Shown here: piece by piece, positions 1-11,800 of the stretch
Numbering within the stretch: position 1 is the first letter of the stretch
Layout of the letters: each line of letters opens with the position of its first letter
Assembly (NCBI RefSeq): GCF_009834535.1
Contig: NC_045696.1
Coordinates: 69,194,001-69,258,000 of the forward strand
Length of the DNA stretch: 64,000 bases
Origin: Camelus ferus
Lineage: Eukaryota
Direction: 5' to 3'
Position numbers and translations under genes: made by a program
Notes under the pieces: model-generated
What the model was told of the DNA's origin: nothing
What the model saw: the letters and a program-made list of their open reading frames with translations, nothing else
Database searches by the model: none

Positions 1-545
1 CAAGAATGTGATGGCTGGCATCCAGAATACCAGTTTTTTTAAATACTAGAATTCTGTTGCATTCAAATGTGCTAACCTAGTCACAGTACTATTAGGTTTT
101 TTTTTTTCAGTGATTCAAAAGGCATTTAGGATTCTACCATCATATGCCTATCTGTTTAAGTATATCTGTGCCTTTATAAGTATCAATTACGAGAGTGCTA
201 CAGACGTTCAGTGGTGGTGGGCGATGGCCAAGTGGAGACCCATGAATTACACGCGCTTTATACGGTGCGTGCTCTGGATAAAGTGGGAACTCCCACCCTG
301 GTGATAACAAGAACCAAGGAACTGGGGACATACAGCATCTGGAGGTTTTATGTTAAAGTGGCTTAGGGAGGAGCTGATGGTCCTGTGGGTCCTCAGGGCA
401 CTCAGGACCCTATCTGTCCCTTTTCTCCCTTCTTGCCTTCCTGTTGCTGTCCCTGTACCCACTCTGTCCCTCACCCCTGCTTCATCACATTTACTCCCAA
501 AGTGCCATCAAACTGCCCAATCCATCAGCAGGGTCTCAGTCTTAC

Positions 546-709
546 CGCAAATTGAGCCCGAGAAATTTCCACCAGCTGTAAGTAGGAGCCATTGCTCTGG
601 GCGTTGGAGGCAGCCAGTGCAACCTCTACTGCGTGCACCACCCGGCTGTCATTCAGCGGGGCCAGCAGGGGGCAGTTTGGACACACCCTGTGCACATCCT
701 CGGCAGAAT
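546..709 (-). CDS. AHSG: Alpha-2-HS-glycoprotein (fetuin-A) coding exon 4; gene continues off the left edge
   Basis: 164 nt, tag| acceptor and |GTAAG donor; reads (D)SAEDVHRVCPNCPLLAPLNDSRVVHAVEVALAASNAQSNGSYLQLVEISRAQFA (cystatin domain 2); phase matches exon 3. Confidence 0.96.
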
Positions 710-1073
710 CTATGCACAGAGAGAAGAAATCAACCTAGTTCTGGGCTGTAGTTCTCTGCAGCATTTGCCCCAGCTCTGCTGATTTAAAAGGGCTAAGACA
801 TGCTCCAAATGGCTGTAGGCAAAGTCTCTGCTTCTTTCTGAACCTTCATGTGAGTCCTGTCATATGGGCATTTTTGCAGGATCCCCTCTCACCAGGGGGC
901 GATTTTCACCTTTGATGAGAACAGCTTCCTTAAAACATCCCAAATCCAGGAAATTTGGCTTTTCCTTTTCATCACCATCAACGTGTCTAGAACTACTCCC
1001 GTTGAAAACAATTCCCATTCCTTCCTCACTCTCTCTACAAGGTAAACATCATAAGGAGAATAATCGTCTCTAC

Positions 1074-1158
1074 CTGGACTGGAATCACATTTTGCAGACA
1101 GCACGGAAAGCTGGCCATCCTGTTTCAGCACATGGAAATCACAGTCTCCTTCCACCGC
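1074..1158 (-). CDS. AHSG: Fetuin-A coding exon 3
   Basis: 85 nt, ttctttctccag| ... G|GTAGA; AVEGDCDFHVLKQDGQLSVLSAKCDSSP within ORF 889..1248. Confidence 0.96.
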
Positions 1159-1508
1159 CTGGAGAAAGAAACCCACAGTGAGGGCCCTCCCAGGGAGGTG
1201 GGGCAGGGGGCAGGGTAGGGGGACAGAACCCTCAGGCATGGATGTCAAAGGTAAGCCTCAAAAAAATCTCCTGCATGGAGTGATATCGAAACATTACACT
1301 CTCTGACTTCAGGGAGGGCTACAACAAAAAAGTGAAGTGTGGTAAAAATCGGCCCCAGGGGAGGCGCCATCAAATGGCAATTTTAGAAACTGCACAGGCT
1401 AGCCATAAAGGCAGGCCAGGAAGTTGGATAAAAGAGGCCTGCTCTTTGCAGAGGCACAGCAAACCAGGCTGGGGCTCCCCTCACAGTCACCCTAGGAGGG
1501 ACACTCAC

Positions 1509-1619
1509 ATGCTCTTTCATCTGCCTCACGCTGCAGTTTGCCAGGGGTGTGGGGTCCCGAACGTGGCAGGTGGTTTCCAGCGTGTCTATTTCAACTTCAT
1601 ACACTTCTCCCGTGGGCTG
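1509..1619 (-). CDS. AHSG: Fetuin-A coding exon 2
   Basis: 111 nt, ccacag| ... CAT|GTGAGT; QPTGEVYEVEIDTLETTCHVRDPTPLANCSVRQMKEH; tandem CAGCAG acceptor makes the 5' boundary +/-3 nt. Confidence 0.95.
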
Positions 1620-3598
1620 CTGTGGACACAGAGAATGAAGAGGTGAGCAGCCTGGGCCTGCTGAGCAAACCCAAGTGTGCACCCCACTGGGTTTGAACCC
1701 ACTTCCTCCCTCCACCCTGCCCGGTAGGAAGGGGTGAGAAGGAAGGCAGAGTGGGCTTGGGCGGGTTGATGTAACCACGGTCATCACTCTGAGCTGTATT
1801 TGGAATCTAAACGTGAGTGTTCATACTTATAAAATTCTACCCTTCAAGCAGGATTTTGAAAAAGACAGCTTTGGATTTTTCTTGGTCAAGCAGGTGGTGT
1901 AGGAGAATAACTTACTGCCTCTCCATTATCTTCTCCATACCTCCCTCCACTTCTTCCTTCCTTCTCAACATCTACTTTCTTTCCTTCCCCATTTTCTTTT
2001 CCTTCCTAAAGGAAAAGTTGTCTGTGGCTTTTTGTCTTGCGGATGACTGGATGCAAAGTTGCTGCTCCCTACTGCCCCCTGCTGATGATGAAAGGGAAGC
2101 CGAGCCTCCCTCTGACAAAGGAAGATTCTAGCACAGAGGGGAAGAAGTAGTGGGGAGGGCTGGGGTAGGGGAGCTTGTAAGACTCCTTGGAATTGTTCCT
2201 GCCAGATCACCTGTTTCTGTATCTTTTCTTCAAATTCCGGAAAAGCCAGAAGTACAGTAACTCTTTTTTGAATTTTTTTTCCAGCCCAGTTCTGCTTGCT
2301 TCCTTGTTTCAGTTCTGCCTCACTAGTTCCCAATCTCCTCTCCTGGAGGAAGCAGTGTTTTAGGACGTGCACATGTGCCCAAGTTAACTTCCTGAAAACA
2401 CTCAGAGCTACAGTGAATAGGAACCAGGTGCTCCTGGGTTTCTCAAGGAGTAACTTTCAAGCCCCGTGTCAGTGAAAATCGCAACGTTGTTCATTACATT
2501 TCCCTCAGATATGCACATTGTGTATTATTTTCCCTGAATTGATCAGTATTTCCTCTGAACCATCATTGTGCTGCAATGTGGTTTCAGTACTCCTAAAGTT
2601 CATTGTGCCAACAATCGTAATTTCAAATATTTTGTCCCATTATGAGGTCAGATGTCAGAGTCAATCCAGACATCCTGAGGTTTACCTTATTTTCCTTCCT
2701 AGATTATAAATCTCTTATGGGCACTAACTGTCTTTTTCTCACCTTCGCACTAGGTTGAATCATTAACACGCCAGTATTTGACTGCTTTTAATGTACAAAA
2801 ATGGAAATTTCTTATGACTCAAACTAATGTCTCCCATAGCACCCAGCACTGTTCTTGCCCATCGAAGGCTTGGAATCAATGTTGGCTGAAAGCATGATCC
2901 TTCATCAGATATAAAATCTGATTTCAAAATAGGCAGTAGACAGACACCCTTCCTCTACCTCTCCAAATCTCTCAGCTGATCCCCAAGTTTGATCGTCATT
3001 CTCACCAGCTTCAGATGGCACTGGTTTCTTGTCTAGCATGTAAGGACTGAATCCACTCATGCCAAGATTTCTCTTTGGGAGGTGAGTGCCTTTTTTGGGG
3101 AGGCAGATAGTGTAGAGGAAGGACCACAGGTCTGGAATTGAATCCCAGCCCTTTGCTTACTAATTATATGACTTGGGCTAAAAAGAGAGAAGCCCTAATA
3201 TGTCAGACCTTCGGTTTCTTCTTATGTAAGACAAGGAGAATACCCCACAAGACTGAGTGGGGTTAAGGAGACGATATATACGAAAGGCACTTAGCAAATG
3301 CTAGTTTCATTCATTCTCAGTCTTTCTCCAGAGAAAGAAGTGTATTTCTACTCAGTGGTAATTTGGCAACTAGAATCCAGTCTCTTGGGTCCGAATTCTA
3401 AAAGCCATATTTTCTACCTCTGATCTTTAGAATATCATTTGAATGAAGCCTTTTCTCCTCCTCACACCTCCCAACCCCGTCCAGTGCCCTCCTTGAGACC
3501 CCATGACTGCGGAGCAGAGTGTCTCCTGTCTTGCCCTTCTCCTACCCTCTGCCTCCCTCCTTGGAAGAATCAGCTGAGCTCCACGCAGGTTCACTTAC

Positions 3599-3811
3599 CC
3601 GCGGCCACACCCTGATGCTGTCAATCTGGTTCAAGGTGTGCTTGTAGCCCCGAAGAAGGCGCTTGTTGATGTAGTCCACGGCCACCAGGGCTGCTTGCTC
3701 TGTTTCTGGGTCATCACAGGCCGGCTCCCTATAACCCGGCATCGGGCCATGTGGGACAGAGAGGCAGCCGCTGAGCTGAGCAAGGCAAAAGAGCAGGATG
3801 AGGGACTTCAT
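3599..3811 (-). CDS. AHSG: Fetuin-A coding exon 1 (signal peptide and start of cystatin domain 1)
   Basis: gcagccATG at 3811; MKSLILLFCLAQLSGCLSVPHGPMPGYREPACDDPETEQAALVAVDYINKRLLRGYKHTLNQIDSIRVWPR then CGG|GTAAGT; 213 nt. Confidence 0.97.
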
Positions 3812-3918
3812 GGCTGCCCCGCACAGGTCTTGGCAGGTAGGCAGGCAGGTGGCTGGAGACTTCAGGACCAACCCAGGAGCTCTGCTGGGACAGTTAGACT
3901 AATGGAGGGTCCAAAGGC

Positions 3919-4075
3919 TTTATATATCTGTTGGAGCCTGCGGAAGACTTGCGTAAGGATGTGGGATGATTTCTGTTCTGGTTCCAAAAAAATACCCTCT
4001 GCAAACACCAGTCCTGGAAAAGCAAACAGGTTAGGACATCGCAGAGCCTCCAAGAAATCTGCCAAAGTCAATGCT
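3919..4075 (-). promoter_or_regulatory. AHSG: AHSG proximal liver-type promoter
   Basis: TATATAAA on minus at 3919-3926; C/EBP-type TTGCGTAA at 3949-3956; FOXA-type TGTTTGC on minus at ~4001-4007 and ~4022-4028; NF1 half-site TGCCAA overlapping CAAAGTCA at ~4060-4070. Confidence 0.75.
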
Positions 4076-6907
4076 GTTTGGGAGCAGGCGGGTGGCAGGT
4101 TGGGGGTGGGCTGGGGGATGATCCAGAGTCAGAACATGATAACAGCAGCAAAGAGAGGAGGCAGCTGAGAGGAAGGGGTGAGCACGGAGGTGAGGAGGGG
4201 CCAGCACAGCTGGCCTTGGAGTGCTGAGCTGAGCACGCCATGGGATCTGTGGTTGGGGGCAGGGTAGGGGGCAGGGAAGCAGGGATATTCAGCAATTTGA
4301 TAAAATCCTCTGATGTCAGAGACAGTGATCTCCTGGAGGAAGAACAGGGCCCACAGATGCAGCAAAGGTACCAATGATCTAGAATGAGTGGGAGAGCCAC
4401 GGGAGATGCCAAGATCTTGGGTGAGATTCTTGGAGGAAAGAAGAAAGGAAGGGAGAGATTTCTGCCTAAAGCTGGGGATGGGGAGAGGAGGGTTTCCTGC
4501 GTCAGGGCCAGGAGGGCTACGGCCAGCAGAGCTTCTCCACTCCCTCGGCCCCTTCTCTCTAGACCCATAGCCAGTACCCTGCATGGACACACCCTGACTT
4601 GGGTCTCCTGGGTGGCTGAGCATGATTGGCACCAGTGGCCATGTGTCCCCAGTGACCCCGTGCTCCCGCGACCCATGCTGCCAGCCAGTGGATGAGTGCA
4701 ACGGGGGGAGCCCTTGCTGAACAGCAAAGCTCTGGGTCTGAGTCCTGCCCTGCTGGCTGGGACTCTGTGGGGGCACTAGGAATGCAGATGCCTCCTTCAG
4801 GCCCTTCAGAGCTTTAGAATTCGAGTGAGCCTTGGTGGCCAGAGCACAGGGCACAGTGTTGGTTCTGGCCCACCTCTCAAGTGACCCTTGACAATCCCAA
4901 GTATGACCCCCAAGGAAGGGTGGGCGAGATAGCGAGAGGCTTGGAAAATATCATACGAGGGCCCAGCTTGGTTTAGCTTGGAGCTCAGAAGCCCTAATGC
5001 AGAGACCAACGTGTCCTCCAAATACTTAGAGGTCATCTTCGTGTGGGGGTGGATTTGCTCTGTTGTTTGCTGTTGCTTCAGAGAACAAAACTTGGTTTAA
5101 AAAGGGGCGGGGGGTTTCCTCAGGGAAGCTTGATAATATTGACTTGCTGGGGGGAGGGAGGTCAGTGAGGGGAGCCCGTGATGGGCGGAGAAGGTGGTGT
5201 AAGCACTGTTTTCACGTTCGCTCCCAGCCGCTCACGCACTCATACAGAACCTGAGCACCAGAGGCCCAGAAGGGGAAATCAGGACTCCGCGTTCCCTCTG
5301 AGAGGCGGGGGTCCTGGCCCTCGGAGACACAAAACCAGCTCTGGTCACCCAGCAGGATGAGCCTCAGAACTAGGGCACTTCCCATTGGCCGTATGCCCCA
5401 CGTCCTTCAGGGTCTTGACTCACCAGCACCTTTTCGTGGCTGCTATGCTTTTCTTTAAAATAATCATTTAAAATACAAAATATGGTCATTACTAAGAATT
5501 TGAAAATCACAAAAATATATACAGTGAGTACTTATTTGAAATGTCATAAGGTTCAGCATATAAATATAAATTTATTTTCCGTAACACAATTGAATTTCTG
5601 ACTCTGATCCCTCTTTTGTGAAAATATGATCTAATCACTCCCAAGTAGCTGATTTCCCACATGCTTGGGTTGAAACGCAGTCCAAGTTAGGTTTGCCCTT
5701 ATGCTTCTTCTCCCCACTGGGGTAAGAAGAAAGCCTGAAGTGGAAAGGAGGAGACTTATGCTAATACTTGACCTTAGCCAAGGTCAGAGAGGGGTGTCCA
5801 GCTTTGCCTTAGATCTTCTGCCAGGTAGCCTTTCTCATGTGGTCCCCAGACACATCCACCTGGCAGGTCCGGCTTGCCCCCATCTAACCCATAGCAAGAC
5901 AGTCGTCCTGCATCCTGCTATCAGGGTTCCCTTACTCAGCTGTGGGACCCTGTCTGGACCACAGGCTTTTTCTCAGCTCAGCGCTACCCTCGTTAAGCTT
6001 GGGGAAATGCGGCTGCTGTGCCCGCCCAGGCTGCGGGGGCTTCCTGAAGCTGCCTTCAGGCTCACCTGCTTAGATGCTGCCGTCAAGGCCCCTCCATTGC
6101 TCTAGAGCCGCCCTGCTACTCCGGGGGCTTCTCCCTGGGATTTGACGTCTCCTTGTGCTACCCGTGTGCCCCTTCCCCTTCCCCACCCACAACGTGCAGC
6201 TCCGGGCTCCTCTGCTGTGGGATCCCCACGCTGTTCTAGGGGTGGTTCTATTGCCATCTCAACCCGAGGGTCGGGAGAGGGGGAAAAAAAGGTCTGTCTG
6301 ACCATCCTTTCTGATCATTTCTGTCTTATACTTGGAGCATTTCTTTTGTTCTTGGATCTTTGACGGGTGGCAGTTTCTAAAGCACCAGGTATTGTCCTGT
6401 TTTGCTGATGCTGGAGAAACAAAGCATGTAGTAAAGAGCAATTAACATCTCACCTGTCATCCTACCACATATAAATGGGGAAACAAAACATCCACAGTCT
6501 CATTACCCAGAGATAAACAGTGTTAATGTTTTGGTGCATTTCCATGTTTTTTTCTACACAAAGACTTAATATTTTAATACAGTTTTAGTATAGTACAATC
6601 ATACTCATGGCCAACGTTGTATTCTTTTTTCATTTAACATTGTAAATTGAATACTTTCCCATGTCATTAAATAGACTTGAAAAAACATGCTTATAATGAC
6701 TACGTATGATCTGTTGTGTGTATCATAGTTTATTTAACCATTCTCTTCTTTTGGACATTTATTTTGTTCTCAGTTGAACACTCTAATAGACAAAGTTGCA
6801 ATGAAGGTTTTTATTCAGGAATCGTTGGCTTTCTAGTTATTTTTTCGGGATAGAGTCTTGTTAGTGAAATTTTTTATTCATACGATGTGGACATTTTTGA
6901 AACTCTT

Positions 6908-6957
6908 TTTTAAAATTAATTTTATTTATTTATTTATTGAAGTACAGTCAATTACAA
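6908..6957 (-). mobile_element. Extremely 5'-truncated L1 3' end nested in an older L1 relic (~6480-7050)
   Basis: T-rich tail plus ttattgaagtacagtcaattacaa, similar to the L1 end at ~35795-35815; flanked by direct repeat TGAAACTCTT at 6898-6907 and 6958-6967. Confidence 0.7.
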
Positions 6958-8738
6958 TGAAACTCTTAATTTCTCTGGCCCAATTGCTTATCAGAAAGGC
7001 TACGCCAGTTTCTTCCCTTCCATTTAACTGGTGTGTGTTGACAGACCAGCTGTTTTCTCTTTTCCTCTGCTACTGTTTCCATGCTGAGTTTTCTGGGAGT
7101 TTAGACATGGGGAAACCGTCGGAACTCTTTTTTATTGTATTTTATGAATATCTTTGACTTTAATCAACTATTCTATGTGTCTAATTCTCAAACTAAAATA
7201 GCATTGCTGTCAAGATGAATAAAATGGTCTCTTATTTAAATTTTTTTCAGTTGGAGAAAGAAAGGTTGCCATTTACTTACTGACAGTCAAGAAAAAACCA
7301 GATGACCTTTTGATATGTTTTCCAAGAAAGCTGTAGCAAAGGATGCCAAAGGGAGGCTATAGGTGTTCAAGCATGCCCGATGACAGCACTTGCAAACTTT
7401 GAAAGATTTTCACACTCTGAATGCATGTACCCATGAGAGATCGTGGCTCAGTTTCATCCACCTGGCTCCAGCTTCTTGGCAGAGCAAGAGGAGATAAGCA
7501 TTTACTCCACTTTCTGGTCATCCGTCTCATTATTTTAATGACTTACCTGTGCATTTTTCTTTGAAAGCCACATCACTGCATTAAAGCAATGCCTGTTAGC
7601 ATATTGAGGATAACAGGGGCTTATTAGAGCCTGTTGGGAAGAGCAGTCCCAAAGATCTGAGAGGATCACCAACCTCCAGGAGGTGGCAGCAGGGTGCTGG
7701 GCAGAGCTTGCTGTGTGGAGCCCCATGCGGCCCATGGCGGAGTTCCAAGATGGCAGCTGAGGATGCGACCAGGTCCCCTGCACTTGTCAGTAGGGCTCTC
7801 CACTGGGGCAGCAGTGCATTCAAACTTCCAAGGCAGAATTCAGCTTTAATAGTTGCCAGTCAGGAGCCAGGACAAGAAGCATTGCGGCAAGCGTAGGGTC
7901 AAAGTTGCTGGGGGTTGGTTCTGTCGGGGTCCTGCCGAAGGACATGGGTCTCGGAACGGACGGACAGAGCTAGAAGTGGGGAAGCACTGAGTCAGGCAGC
8001 GAGAGCTCAGGTGAGAGCTAGAAACCCAGCCTCTCGCAAAACAGGACATGAACAGGTGCACGTCAGCACAAGCCAGAGGAACAATTGGTTTTTGCAGAGA
8101 GGAAGTGGCAGTGGTTGGTGTTTAAATCTTTGGGCCAGATCCCTGGCTCTGCCCTTTCTCGTACTTAAAGGGCCTAGGCCCTAAGAAGCTAAGCATTAAT
8201 TCCTGATAAGCCTGGTGTATCTTCATTCCTGTGGGTATGTATTGAACTCCAGGTGCCTGGACACAGAGTGAGGAGAAGGCACCATCTGCCCCAAAGGAGC
8301 TGCCCTTGAATCACTTGGTCCAGCAACATCTGATCAGAAAAGAACTATAGGGTATATGAAATGATCACAGCGTATATTCTGTGGAGAGAGATCGGCATTT
8401 ATATCTCCAGTGTCAAACATCGGTCCACGGAATGCAAATTGCCCTTCTCCAAGGACCCATCAGAACTCTTACAAAGGTAACTGAGCACCAGTTGCCCTGG
8501 AAGTCATATGGTAGAGCCCTTTGTACTCAGTGCCAACGCACCAAAGTTGGGAGGCATTGCTCTGAGCCGAACATGGCAAAAAGTATTAGACCACAGTGAT
8601 CAAAGGTGATCACTTCCTTTCTTGGGTGGAGAAGGGGCTTGGTAAGCTGACCACCAATCCTGCGTTTATAACTGTGACCTGGCTCTGAAAATCCAAACCC
8701 TGAAAAGGAATGCACATGAGGGAATAAATGGGGGACAG

Positions 8739-8872
8739 CAGGGCCTGGAGTAGGGAGGGGCAGGGGAGAGGGTGCAGGGGTAAAATTTAAGGAGGTGCAT
8801 ATTCTCAGGGTCCCACCTCCTTAAAATGGGTGCCTTAGTCCTCTCCTTTGCTGGATCCTAGTCCCAGCCCTG
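8739..8872. mobile_element. Short non-autonomous hAT-type DNA transposon relic (MER91-like)
   Basis: Termini CAGGGC...GCCCTG and internal inverted repeat TTTAAGGAGGTG...CACCTCCTTAAA. Confidence 0.5.
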
Positions 8873-11800
8873 GGGAAGGGGCATGATCAAGACCAGAATA
8901 GAAAAAAGAGTTTGTACTTCATTAAATCTTTCTACTCTTTCAAGGAAATTTTTTTTTTCTTTTTTTACCATTTGGCTGTTGAACATCTGTGTGAATCAGC
9001 CTCCAGAACACGGTGATTCTTGCAGGAGGCTTTCATTATCACACAGGAAACTATGGGAAACATTTCATTCTCTTTTGTTTGGAAGAAGACTTCCTCCTAC
9101 ATGCTGCTTAGTGTGGCCTTGACACCCACTCAGTCTGTCTCACAAAAGAGAGAACCATTTTAGCATAAAAGAAAGGATGGGGAGATTTGGATTTTAGGAG
9201 GCTGGAACAGCTTCTCCTCCAGAAAATGTCATCATCAGAGCAAATGCTATCGATTCCTCATTCTGTAAGAGGCATTGTGCTTCAATCCTCATAGCTCCAG
9301 GAGGGCTGTGCTCTTCTCATCTTCCCTTCCTTACAGAGGAAGAAATGAAGACTCAGAGAGGTTCTGCAACTTGCCCAAATCACACAGTAGTGGAGCCTGG
9401 ATTTAGCCCAATTACTTTTTCTCTATTAACCTCAAGCCAAAAGAATATAAGGTCCCCCAAAAGCCGAGGAGGGTTGGCGCCTGGGCACTGCCTGTAAGTG
9501 AATAAATCATTTTTCTTAATAACAGGAAATATAGCTATCTGCTGTATTTGAAGAAAAGCAAAAGAAATAAGAAAATGTATGTTAGGTTAACAATTAAAAG
9601 AATTTAAAAAGCTAGTTTACCCATCTAATTTCAGTCAGTGGAAAATATCTAAAAAATCAATTTTGCAGGAAAGACTTTTACCTGTTGGTTTTGGGGATGA
9701 CTCAGCTGGTGTTGAAATTATCTCTACCTCAGGTTTAGGAAGTAAATAAAAGGTAAATGATTACATCATTTCTGGTTAAATGTTTTTCAGTGCAGAGAAT
9801 CACATCCATCTCTCCTGCTGGTTTCTGTCATCACCTTTTGATATCTTCAGAGTGAGTGGCACTCTTCAGACAAGAAGGTGAGTGGTGAAACCATTGTCTT
9901 CTAATGAGCCCCTTGGTGTGCCGTCTGGGGCCTTTGGACACGGAGAGGTTCAGAGGAGCTGTGGCCTTACTGTCCAAGGGTCGTCTGGTTATACTGAGAC
10001 CTTTGGAATCAAGCAGCTCACTGCCCCTTAGTAAATTTGGACATTTCCTGGAGTTTGGAATGGGTCCTTTTGATAGTGAGTTAATATTGTAGGTTCTTTG
10101 GATCCATTTATTGACTTGTATTGAGTAGTCTCTGGATGTACATCCGTTAACATCAAAACTATTTCTTGGACATGTCCATTGTGCTCGGTGCTAAGGATAC
10201 ACAGATGGAAGGTGTCCCTCCTGTCTTCAGATGCTCACTCTTGGGTCTGTCTCCACAGCACTAAGCTAGTTATTGTGCACACACGAGAGAAGTGTAAGCT
10301 GTGTTCCTGCCCTCAGCCTGCGTTAAATACAGGGGAACACAATCCTGAGCTGAGACGGTTCTCAGAGGACAGCAGTGTTTATGTCATTTTCAATCTTATA
10401 TCCCCAGCACCTGCCTCCTGTCCAGCACAGACTGAGCTCTGTACGTGATCACTGAGGGGCTCCTGGCCAGACTCCCACTCAACTCAGAGCCCCTTCCAGT
10501 GTCTGGAGTCTGCCTGAGGACATTCAGATACAGGTATCTCTCCACCCCTGTGGCAGCCCGTTTATTATGAATCACTCTAGTAACTCGAAAGTTACTAGTT
10601 TCCTTCATTTCACGCCAACACCTGCCCACCTTGTTACCTTGCCAACGGATGCAGAGTCTCCTTTCAGGACCCACACAGATGAAATTGATTCCCTGGTCCA
10701 TGTGTTGGGCCCTAGGCATTTAGAGACATCCGTGTTCGAGTCTGCCACCCTTCTCGGGCCACCAGCCTCTCTGTTCCTTCGGCTTCTCAGGTGACTTAGT
10801 TTTGAGACCACTTTATCATTTATTGAATAGACAAAACGCACCAATGGTTAAAAAATAAAATGAATCATCTTGGGATTGGGAGCCGAACAGTGCAGGTGAG
10901 CAGCGTGGACATGGGTACGCACACGTGTGAGTGGGCGAAGGACAGCTCAGCGACTACTAGGAGGGGACACGGTGGGCCACTTGCCACTTGTAGGACAGGA
11001 GGTTTCTCCCAGTTTCCAGAGACTTATCTGGACTCTCAAAAGGATTAACAGTGAATAACCAGCAAACTAACAGGCCATTCTTCTCCAGAGGTTGTCTTGA
11101 TTAGACTTCTCGTTGCTGAGGGGGAAGTGTGTGAGGCTAGTGGATGACCTGTAAGAGAGACCACGTCTCCACTTGTCTTGAATCCGGCAAGCCTCTCAGC
11201 TGGTAGCGTTTCTTCAAAACTTTATTAGCTGTGTGACCTAACTAGAGATTCGATTACGCTAAGCCTTCGTTTCTTCATCTAGCAACAAAACTAGGCTAGT
11301 AAAGATGTGAGGAAGATTTAATGAGATAAGATTGCAAACACTCAGCATAGGGCCTGGCATGCTCCTGATAAATGGGAGCTCTTAATAACCCCAGTAACAC
11401 AGTAGTACTGAAAGCAGAAAAGGTACCGTGGGGAATACCATGTGGCTAAGATACGGTCTGTGCCTTCAGTTAGCCCGTGCAGACACAACGGAGCCCAGTG
11501 ACTAAGAGTGAGGGCTCCTTAACTTTATCACCTTTGACAACTGACTTAACCCCTCTGAGTTGGTTTACTCATCTGCGAAAGGCTTAACAATAGCAGTGCA
11601 TACTTCAAAGCATTGTGGAGAGCATTGCATGAGATTATACACTTAATATTCCTAGCATCGGGTAAGAATATTACCACTTAGAGAGAAGAAATAGAACACT
11701 ATTTCTGGAAGAGTGTGACTGCATTTTTTGCGCCAACATGCTGGCAAAGAGAGAGCCGTGTGTCAGTCACTTCTAGCAACAGGAGGGAACAGAAGGAGAG

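Noticed and set aside
3812..3871. N-terminal extension MVLKSPATC... of fetuin-A in the ORF track
   Set aside because: Starts at a non-ATG codon near the expected TSS; the first ATG (3811) gives the normal signal peptide
4068..4854. Long minus-strand ORFs of 219 and 241 aa upstream of AHSG
   Set aside because: No recognisable domain, overlapping frames in GC-rich DNA, no supporting splice structure
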